64,000 nt of DNA. It comes from an uncultured bacterium (GTDB lineage Bacteria > Krumholzibacteriota > Krumholzibacteriia > Krumholzibacteriales > Krumholzibacteriaceae). The stretch's first letter is position 1. The number at the start of each line of letters is the position of its first letter. Of this stretch, positions 56,850 through 64,000 are shown one piece after another. A model generated the notes under the pieces. The model was not told the DNA's origin. It searched no databases and saw nothing but the letters and a program-made list of their open reading frames with translations. The position numbers were made by a program, and so were the translations under genes. The stretch spans positions 1 through 64,000 of the forward strand of contig CBDUYR010000002.1 of assembly GCA_965371515.1 (NCBI GenBank), written 5' to 3'.

Positions 56850-57616
56850 GCATAACCTCCGCGATATACGGCAGGGAACTGAGATACTTTTTCCAGTCGG
56901 TGACAGCGTATGTGGTCATCTTTATGTTTCTGGTAGTGTCAGGCGGATTCTTCTACTTCATCTTCCGTGCCTACAACCTGATGTCCCTGCAGTCGTTGCA
57001 GAGCGCATTCGCGCCGGGGGGCCTGAACCTCATCGACGGAGTGATGCGGCCGCTGCTCGGCAACATCAGCATCATGATCCTGCTCTTCCTGCCCCTTCTC
57101 ACGATGAGACTGATGGCCGAGGAAAAGAAGCAGGGAACCTTCGAACTCCTCTCCACATACCCCGTCTCCGACATAGCCATCGTATCGGGCAAGTTTCTCG
57201 CGGCGCTGACTGTATACGCGATAATGCTCGGCTGCACTCTGCTGTATCCAGGGATGCTCTTCTTATACGCCGAACCGGAGATCGTACCCATCGTCACGGG
57301 ATACCTCGGTCTTCTGCTCATGGGCACCGCTTTCATCGCAATCGGTACATTTTTTTCTTCACTTACCTCCAACCAGATCATCGCCGGCGTAGCCACCTTC
57401 AGCACTTTCCTCTTCTTTCTCCTGATCGGCTGGGGCGTCCCGTTTGTCGGACCGAAGTTCGCGGAGGTTCTCGCGCAGGTATCTATCCTCTATCATTTCG
57501 AATCTTTCTCAAAGGGAGTGATCGAGACGAGCGACGTGACATACTATATCTTCCTCGCTGCCTTTTTCCTGTTTCTGACGGTGAGGTCTCTCGAATCAAC
57601 CAGGTGGAAAAGCTGA
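56846..57616 (+). CDS. ABC-2 type permease (GldF-like)
   Basis: Real start MSITSAIY at 56846 (ATGA overlap); RELR.FF.S..AY, PLLTMRL.AEEKK.GT.ELL..YP, SSLT.NQ. Confidence 0.88.
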   Translation: MSITSAIYGRELRYFFQSVTAYVVIFMFLVVSGGFFYFIFRAYNLMSLQSLQSAFAPGGLNLIDGVMRPLLGNISIMILLFLPLLTMRLMAEEKKQGTFELLSTYPVSDIAIVSGKFLAALTVYAIMLGCTLLYPGMLFLYAEPEIVPIVTGYLGLLLMGTAFIAIGTFFSSLTSNQIIAGVATFSTFLFFLLIGWGVPFVGPKFAEVLAQVSILYHFESFSKGVIETSDVTYYIFLAAFFLFLTVRSLESTRWKS

Positions 57617-59166
57617 TGGGCAGCGTAATTTATAAAGTGCTCGGCGCTGCCGGTCTCGTCCTGATCGTCATCGGGGGAATAGTCTACGGGATCTTCTACA
57701 CGAGCGGGTGGCCCGCCGTACTCCCCCTCGCCCTCGGCATTGTGCTGACCATAGGGGCTTTCGCCGGTGGATACCGTTCCGAAAGATCGGAAGGATCGAG
57801 ACGAACCGCCCGATACGGAATAAGCGCTGGCCTTTCCGCCATAACGGTGGCTGCTATCCTGATCTTCCTCCAGACACTGTCTTTCAGGCATACTTCTACG
57901 ATCGATCTTACGAGCAACCGGCGTTTTTCCCTCTCATCCCAGACAGAAAAGGTCCTCGGCGCACTTGAAACACCCGTGCACCTCACTGGATTCTACAAGG
58001 AGACGAGCCAGGACAGGGTCGTGCTGCAGGACCTGCTCGAGAGTTATTCGGCGCGCAAACCGGCCGTGACATTTATCTTCATCGATCCCGACAAGTATCC
58101 AACTAAAGCACGAGAGTATGGAGTCACAAAACCAGGCATACTATTCGTAGAAACCGGCGAGGCGCGTGAAGAACTCGAGAATCCTGACGAGCAGCGTTTG
58201 ACAAACGCAATCGCCAGGGTGACTTCCGGCAGTGTGAAGACGGTCTGCTTCCTCACCGGCCATGGGGAAAAGTCGGTTTTCGAGACGGGGCCCCACGGTA
58301 TCAGCGGTCTGATGGAGGCGCTCCATATGGAAAATTTCGAGGTCCGTGACATCCTCGCTCTCAGCGCCGAGAAGATTCCGGAGGAGTGTGACATCCTCAT
58401 CGCCGCCGGTCCTGAGAAGGACATAGTCAAGCATGAGCAGAATGTGATCCTCGACTACCTGGTCGGCGGCGGACGTGCCCTCTTCCTCGTCGATCCGATG
58501 ACCGAGATCACAAACATCGAGGGGATACTGGCAGCCTACGGAATAATTCTCGGCGACGACGTTATCGTAGACATGCAGGGAAAACTACTTGCGGGCAACT
58601 TTCTCACTCCTGTTGTGAACAGTTACGGCAAGCATCCGATAACCGACGGATTCCGGCATTTCACATTCTTCCCTCAGGCACGGTCTGTCATCGCGCTGGC
58701 GGATACACCTCCATCTCTGGTGGTTACGGCCCTTTGCCGGACAAATGAAGGTACCTATTCCGAGACCGATATGTCGACCCTGCTCGAGGGCCAGACGCAG
58801 TACGATCCCTCGGAGGACACCAAGGGGCCGATCGACATCGCCGTGGCCTCGGCCATGGGATTCAGCCCTGATTCCATGTCCACGGTCATTGAATCCCGCG
58901 TGGTCGTTTTCGGCGACAGCGATTTCGCCGGGAACTCCAACCTTCGTCTTTCGGGAAACAGGGATCTTCTACTCAATACGATCCTCTGGCTCGCCGAGGC
59001 GGAAGACATGATCTCGATCAGGCCGACCGACAACCTGCAGCAGCCCGTCCTGCTGACAGCTGCCCAGGGACGTTTCGTCTTCTGGATCCCGGTCGTTGCC
59101 CTTCCTGCACTGGTACTGCTCACCGGAGCGGCGATCCTCACGTGGAGAAAGAAAACCGTCCGGTAG
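57604..59166 (+). CDS. GldG-family ABC accessory protein
   Basis: DLT.N.RFSLS.QT..VL, IDPD..P, FLTGHGE, GG.....DP, V.GDSDF, N.DL..N...WL. Confidence 0.85.
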   Translation: MEKLMGSVIYKVLGAAGLVLIVIGGIVYGIFYTSGWPAVLPLALGIVLTIGAFAGGYRSERSEGSRRTARYGISAGLSAITVAAILIFLQTLSFRHTSTIDLTSNRRFSLSSQTEKVLGALETPVHLTGFYKETSQDRVVLQDLLESYSARKPAVTFIFIDPDKYPTKAREYGVTKPGILFVETGEAREELENPDEQRLTNAIARVTSGSVKTVCFLTGHGEKSVFETGPHGISGLMEALHMENFEVRDILALSAEKIPEECDILIAAGPEKDIVKHEQNVILDYLVGGGRALFLVDPMTEITNIEGILAAYGIILGDDVIVDMQGKLLAGNFLTPVVNSYGKHPITDGFRHFTFFPQARSVIALADTPPSLVVTALCRTNEGTYSETDMSTLLEGQTQYDPSEDTKGPIDIAVASAMGFSPDSMSTVIESRVVVFGDSDFAGNSNLRLSGNRDLLLNTILWLAEAEDMISIRPTDNLQQPVLLTAAQGRFVFWIPVVALPALVLLTGAAILTWRKKTVR

Positions 59167-59179
59167 TGGAGGTCCCGAT

Positions 59180-60502
59180 ATGAAGGGGCGCAGCCTCATC
59201 ATCCTGATCGCCGTTCTCGTCATTGTGGCCGGGTATTTCTTCCTCGTCGAGGAGAAGCAGCACCGGGACACTGCAGATGCGAAGAGGACCTCTCGAATGC
59301 TCCTGCCGTACGGCCCTCTCGACATCGATGCCGTCTCCTTTATCAATCCATACGGCGAGACGATAATGTGGGAAAGGGACGGCGAGGGATGGATGATAAC
59401 ATTTCCCGTTACCGATATCGGCGAGAAGAGTACTATCGACATGTTCCTCGGCCAGATCGCTCCCGGGCGGAAGCTCGAGGAGTTTGCCGACGTGACCGAC
59501 CTCTCCTCTTACGGGCTCGCTCCGCCTTACGCCACCGTCATCATCGAGAGCGAAAAGTACGGAAGGACCGATACCGTTCATGTTGGCGGGAAGACTCCCA
59601 CAAGCTTCAGGTCATACGTGACTCTCGGATCGTCAGGGAATGTAGTGGTGACCCGCGAGCTCGCCCGCAACGTGATGCAGAAGAAGCTGTTTCACCTGAG
59701 GGACAAGAACTTCATCGCCCCGGCCGACAGGAACATCACATCGTTTTCAATCGTCTCGGGCGGAAACCTTCTCGCCTTTCAGCGGTCGGGAAACTCCTGG
59801 AAGGTAGCCGGCTCGACGCTGACAGTCGACCGCAACGTCCTTGAACCCTGGGTTACCGGGCTGGCCTCCGCCCTTGTATACGAATTCGCCTCCGAGAACC
59901 TGGCCGACACCCTTCTGTTCGGGATAGGCGATCCTCACAGGTCAACCGTCCTCAATACCGCAAGCGGTGAATCGATCAGGATATCGTTCGGCAGGCGCAG
60001 GGATTCCCTTGTTCCGGTCGTCAGGTCGGGGCGCAAAAATGTGATGATGATAAAGGCCGGATTCCTGGACGCGTTCCACTGGACGGACGACCGCCTCATC
60101 GTCATGAACCTCTCCCTCGTAAAACCGGGAGAGGTCGGCGCCCTCCAGTGGGAGACCCCCGATACCATCGCCTCGTGGAGTATGGAGGACGGCGTATGGA
60201 TGACGCGTGGGGACGACCCCACCCCCGTCGACCAGGAAGCCTTGAAGTATCTGCTGATGTATCTTCGATCGGCGACCTTCGAAAGTCTCGTGACAGACCG
60301 AGAACTCGTATCCGCGGCGAAACCGGACATCATGATCACCCTTGGAGACAGGTCAGGCGAGGTGTTCGACATCATATCGCTATACCGTTTCGAGGACGGG
60401 ACTGCCGGGGGCATTTCGCTTTCTGGCGGAAACGCCGGCCATATCAGCGAGGGAACGCTTGCGGAGATCCACCGGGCATATTCGGCGATTATCATCCGTT
60501 AG
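59180..60502 (+). CDS. DUF4340-like membrane-anchored periplasmic protein
   Basis: GGAGG RBS, N-terminal TM, repeated W...P and L..YGL..P / FG...P units, G..TP...Y, LRDK. Confidence 0.75.
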   Translation: MKGRSLIILIAVLVIVAGYFFLVEEKQHRDTADAKRTSRMLLPYGPLDIDAVSFINPYGETIMWERDGEGWMITFPVTDIGEKSTIDMFLGQIAPGRKLEEFADVTDLSSYGLAPPYATVIIESEKYGRTDTVHVGGKTPTSFRSYVTLGSSGNVVVTRELARNVMQKKLFHLRDKNFIAPADRNITSFSIVSGGNLLAFQRSGNSWKVAGSTLTVDRNVLEPWVTGLASALVYEFASENLADTLLFGIGDPHRSTVLNTASGESIRISFGRRRDSLVPVVRSGRKNVMMIKAGFLDAFHWTDDRLIVMNLSLVKPGEVGALQWETPDTIASWSMEDGVWMTRGDDPTPVDQEALKYLLMYLRSATFESLVTDRELVSAAKPDIMITLGDRSGEVFDIISLYRFEDGTAGGISLSGGNAGHISEGTLAEIHRAYSAIIIR

Positions 60503-60553
60503 ACCGGGACAACTGCAGTATCACCTTTTGAGATATTCTGCTATATTTAATGC

Positions 60554-61684
60554 GTGATGAACGATTCTCAGGCAACGATATCGAGAAGGGATTTTCTTTC
60601 CTGCACGGCGGGAATGATAGCGGCTGGCGCCGCTCTTGGAGGTGCGGCATTCGCCGATGACGGCGGGCCGCATCCGGCTCGGTACTGGGAAAAGCTCGAG
60701 GACGGCCGCGTCCGCTGCACTCTCTGCCCCCATCGATGTACGATCTCCGACGGCAGGCGGGGCGCATGTAGAGTCAGAGAGAATCGCGGCGGGGTCCTCT
60801 ATTCCCTCTCGTGGGGAAGGCCGTGCGCCCTTCACATCGATCCGATCGAGAAGAAGCCGTTCTACCATTTCCTGCCCGGCTCCATCTCCCTCTCGATGTC
60901 GACGGTGGGATGCAACATGACATGCCGTTTCTGCCAGAACTGGCAGATCTCGCAATCATCTCCCGAGGACATCGATACCGAGAGTGTGAGTCCGGGATTC
61001 TTCGCGAAAAAAGCCACAAAATCGGGCGCTTCTTCCATAGCATTCACCTACGGGGAGCCGGTCGTCTTCATCGAGTACGCGATGGATATTGCGGCGGCCG
61101 CCAGGGAATCAGGCGTAAAGAGCGTGGTCGTCACCAACGGATATATCGAGCAGGAGCCACTAGCCGATCTCTGTTCATCGGTCGACGCGATCAAGGTCGA
61201 TCTCAAGGCCTTCGAGGACGGATACTACAGGAAGATATGCGGTGCCGGGCTCGACCCCGTTCTGCGCTCCCTCGTGGAGATCAGATCCCGTGGCGTATGG
61301 CTCGAGATCGTCTACCTTATGATTCCGACGCTCAACGACAACGCGGAGACGATCGGCAGGATGGCCGCCTGGATAGAGGCCGAACTCGGGCCTGACGTTC
61401 CGGTCCATTTCTCGAGGTTCCATCCCGCCTACCGCCTTCCGGACCTCCCTCCGACACCCGTCTCTTCGCTCGACGCGGCAAGGGCAAGATGTCTCGACGC
61501 CGGATTGAACTACGTCTATATCGGCAACGTAGCCGGTCACGAGGGCGGCTCGACATTCTGCCGTTCATGCTCGAATAAGATTATTGACAGGTCCGGGTAC
61601 ACAATACTTTCCATCGAGATGGACGGAGACAAATGCCGGTTCTGCGGGACCGCCCAGCCCGGAGTGTGGAGGAAAGATTCATGA
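60554..61684 (+). CDS. amrS: AmmeMemoRadiSam system radical SAM enzyme with an N-terminal twin-arginine signal
   Basis: SRRDFL + h-region + AFA, C.LCP..C......G.C.VR.N, DPIEKKP.YHF.PG, GCNMTCRFCQNW (CxxxCxxC), TY.EP, HFSRFHP, YVYIGN, C..C...C..C. Confidence 0.92.
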   Translation: MMNDSQATISRRDFLSCTAGMIAAGAALGGAAFADDGGPHPARYWEKLEDGRVRCTLCPHRCTISDGRRGACRVRENRGGVLYSLSWGRPCALHIDPIEKKPFYHFLPGSISLSMSTVGCNMTCRFCQNWQISQSSPEDIDTESVSPGFFAKKATKSGASSIAFTYGEPVVFIEYAMDIAAAARESGVKSVVVTNGYIEQEPLADLCSSVDAIKVDLKAFEDGYYRKICGAGLDPVLRSLVEIRSRGVWLEIVYLMIPTLNDNAETIGRMAAWIEAELGPDVPVHFSRFHPAYRLPDLPPTPVSSLDAARARCLDAGLNYVYIGNVAGHEGGSTFCRSCSNKIIDRSGYTILSIEMDGDKCRFCGTAQPGVWRKDS

Positions 61685-63192
61685 GGATACGCGTGGCTAC
61701 CGGAGGGCTGATATTTATACTGATCCTTGCTGCGGCCGGTACTGATATTGCCGGCCTGAAAGGAAGCGATATGGTTAAATCGATCAGAAAACCGGCCGTT
61801 GCCGGACAGTTCTATTCTTCAGAACCGGAAGCGCTCCGCAGGGAGATAGAGAAATACATCGGCGAGGCCGATCCACCGGCCCTGGAGGACGACATATTCG
61901 CCCTCATATCTCCTCACGCCGGATACGTGTATTCGGGGCATGTAGCTGCATGGGGCTATTCGCTCCTCGATGAGGGGAGTTTCGAGACCGTCGTAATCAT
62001 CTCTCCCTGCCATGTCGATTACTTCCGTTTCGCCTCGATCTACGACGGCGACGCCTACGAGACTCCGCTCGGCCTTGTGGAGATCGATAAAGAGCTCTCT
62101 GAGGAGATCGCTTCGCGCAGCGACCTCGTGAGGATCGGCCCGGACGGACATGGTACGGGGTCCCGCGGAAGGGGCGAGCACTCGCTCGAGGTGCAGATCC
62201 CCTTCCTGCAGGTCGCCCTGGGGGATTTCAGGATCGTGCCGATAGTGATGGGTGACCAGTCCGCCGATGTAGTGCAAGGCCTGGGAGAAGCGCTCTCAGG
62301 GGCACTCGAGGGCCGCAACGTACTGATCGTCGCCAGTACCGATCTATCCCATTTCCATGACGACGCCTCGGCAAGGAAGCTCGACGGCGAGTTCATAGAG
62401 AAACTCGAGGCTTTCGACGCCGGAGGCCTCATGCACTCGATCGATGCGGGAAAGACCGAGGCGTGCGGCGGCGGACCATCGGCGGCGGCGATGATAGCCT
62501 CTGCCAGTCTCGGCGGCAGAGACTGCAAGGTACTGCAATACGCCAATTCCGGTGACGTCTCTGGTGACAGGGGAAGTGTCGTCGGTTACGTCTCCGCCGT
62601 CATCACGGGAATCCGCGGTAAAAGCGACGGTGACGACGTCGACAGGGAGACGAGGATATTCCTCCTGCGTTACGCCAGGTCGGTCATCCGCAAGAATCTC
62701 GGCATGGAGACAGAGGAGATCGAGAGACCTGACTCGCCCCTCCTCATGGAGAAGCGCGGAGGATTCGTCACTCTCAAGAAGAACGGCAGGCTCAGGGGCT
62801 GCATCGGATATATCGAGGCTGTCAAACCTCTTCTCGATACGGTCGGCGAGATGGCTTACTCGGCGGCATTCAGCGACCACAGGTTCGACCAGGTCAGGAA
62901 GGAAGAGGTCGACGACCTGGCGATCGAGATATCGGTACTCAGCCCGGTGCGCGAGACAACGGACCCTTCGGAAATCGAAGTCGGGAGGCATGGGATCATA
63001 ATATCGGCAGGAGGGCGGCGGGGGCTCCTCCTTCCCCAGGTGGCGGTCGAATACGGCTGGGACAGGGACACGTTTCTCGACCAGACGTGCGTCAAGGCCG
63101 GTCTCTCTCCCGGCGCCTGGAAGGATGCCGGTACCACTATAGAGATTTTCAGCGCCGAGATATTCTCCGAAAAGGAGATGGGATTACGTTGA
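61681..63192 (+). CDS. amrB: Fused AmmeMemoRadiSam proteins B (MEMO1-like) and A (AMMECR1-like)
   Basis: R.PAVAGQFY, PHAGYVYSG, EHSLEVQ.PFLQ, ASTDLSH, CG, SGD...VVGY; then GGFVTL...G.LRGCIG, D.RF, EISVLSP, GLLLPQVA.E..W...FL...C.KAG. Alternative ATG at 61771. Confidence 0.92.
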   Translation: MRIRVATGGLIFILILAAAGTDIAGLKGSDMVKSIRKPAVAGQFYSSEPEALRREIEKYIGEADPPALEDDIFALISPHAGYVYSGHVAAWGYSLLDEGSFETVVIISPCHVDYFRFASIYDGDAYETPLGLVEIDKELSEEIASRSDLVRIGPDGHGTGSRGRGEHSLEVQIPFLQVALGDFRIVPIVMGDQSADVVQGLGEALSGALEGRNVLIVASTDLSHFHDDASARKLDGEFIEKLEAFDAGGLMHSIDAGKTEACGGGPSAAAMIASASLGGRDCKVLQYANSGDVSGDRGSVVGYVSAVITGIRGKSDGDDVDRETRIFLLRYARSVIRKNLGMETEEIERPDSPLLMEKRGGFVTLKKNGRLRGCIGYIEAVKPLLDTVGEMAYSAAFSDHRFDQVRKEEVDDLAIEISVLSPVRETTDPSEIEVGRHGIIISAGGRRGLLLPQVAVEYGWDRDTFLDQTCVKAGLSPGAWKDAGTTIEIFSAEIFSEKEMGLR

Positions 63193-63201
63193 GGTTGACG
63201 G

Positions 63202-64000
63202 TCAGGCGCGGCCCGTAGCGATCTTTCGTGTAAGTATCAGGGCCGCCGCGCAGTGTATCGAAGCGGCCGTCGCGGCCGTCCACGCAAGCCCAGAAAGAGG
63301 CAGCAGCAGGGTTCCGGCAATCAGCCCTCCGGCGCACGCACCGAACATGTCCCACGAATAGAACAGTGCGGGAGGCGCGGCCGCTTCCGCTGGCCATGCC
63401 GTCTCGACGACTGTCCTGTAATAGAATCCCGTCAGCAGTCCGCCCGCTGTCGACAGGGCCGTGAATCCTGCAGTCCCCATCAGATGCCCGCTCCCCGCAC
63501 CGGCCTGAAGCCGGAGCCAGACAGGGACAAGGAGTGCCGTCACTGCCATCAGGATATGGCAGACAGCCAGCCTGGAAACTCCCTTCCCCTTCCGTCGTCC
63601 GCCGGCATATGCCCCGAGAGCGGCTCCCGCCATGAACAGGGAGGTCAGCAGCACGAGCGTGTGGTAGAGTATCCCCGAGAACGACTGGTAGGCAAGCATC
63701 ACTGACAGCTGAACCGTCATGCTGCACAGCCCCGTCAGGAACACCGCTGTTTTAGCCGCGGCACCACCCCTCACCAGTATCCCTGTAAGTATGGCGGCGG
63801 CAAGGATCACCGACGGCAGCACCCAGGATGGAAGATCCAGAATGGTTTCGAGAAACCTCACTGTCGCCGTTCCCGACTTCCAGCCGCGCAGTACCAGTTC
63901 AAAAGGCACCAGGACAGGATGTATGTCTGTGTTCAACCGTCGCGGCGCATCGGCCAGCGCGGAAGAGAGGTACTCTCTTCTCTCCTCCGAGATCCTGTAG
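63202..64000 (-). CDS. C-terminal part of a spermidine-synthase-like polytopic membrane protein (5' end outside the window)
   Basis: Frame is open to the window edge. NTD.HP motif, then TM segments with Q...G.LY...L...FMAG...G and FYSWD..GA..GG, as in membrane-fused spermidine-synthase-like proteins. Confidence 0.65.
   Translation of the reverse strand, partial: YRISEERREYLSSALADAPRRLNTDIHPVLVPFELVLRGWKSGTATVRFLETILDLPSWVLPSVILAAAILTGILVRGGAAAKTAVFLTGLCSMTVQLSVMLAYQSFSGILYHTLVLLTSLFMAGAALGAYAGGRRKGKGVSRLAVCHILMAVTALLVPVWLRLQAGAGSGHLMGTAGFTALSTAGGLLTGFYYRTVVETAWPAEAAAPPALFYSWDMFGACAGGLIAGTLLLPLSGLAWTAATAASIHCAAALILTRKIATGRA

Noticed and set aside
1..64000. Very frequent TCGA/CTCGAG/ATCGA words
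   Set aside because: Explained by preferred codon pairs (CTC/ATC/GTC followed by GAN); no periodicity or array structure seen.
1..64000. CRISPR arrays, tRNA/rRNA genes, transposases, integrases, prophage or defence genes
   Set aside because: No regularly spaced repeats, cloverleaf or rRNA signatures, or recombinase motifs found. The NTase at 28379-29614 was considered as a CBASS or toxin-antitoxin component, but no effector or HEPN partner is adjacent and it is coupled to EPS genes.

Overview
GC-rich bacterial window, probably from an uncultured diderm (LPS-producing) lineage; an FCB-group relative such as Krumholzibacteriota/Latescibacterota is only a guess from gene style. It is gene-dense and dominated by cell-envelope glycan biosynthesis. 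In order: (i) partial glgA coupled to a GalT-family nucleotidyltransferase, and a SPOR lipoprotein; (ii) an amino-sugar/glycosyltransferase cluster with a radical SAM-SPASM enzyme, then GT4 + TMK-like kinase + alkaline-phosphatase-superfamily enzyme, and rmlC/D/A; (iii) a trehalose operon (DUF5752-like, treT, otsB, otsA, GT4); (iv) a Wza/Wzz/ExeA-like ATPase/tyrosine kinase/Wzx exopolysaccharide locus with a sigma-54 promoter, a nucleotidyltransferase-phosphodiesterase pair, a probable three-component lipid-linked glycosylation module, and a leader peptide plus terminator in front of its priming transferase; (v) an hsp20-lon-GT9-msbA-waaF-hldA/hldC LPS core operon, followed by DUF3108-like and deoxyhypusine-synthase-like genes; (vi) lipoproteins, a GT-C, DUF72 and a Gld-like ABC exporter; (vii) an AmmeMemoRadiSam system whose radical SAM enzyme carries a twin-arginine export signal, next to a spermidine-synthase-like membrane protein cut by the window edge. 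I saw no rRNA, tRNA, CRISPR array or mobile element. All family calls come from motif recognition by eye, not from database searches.
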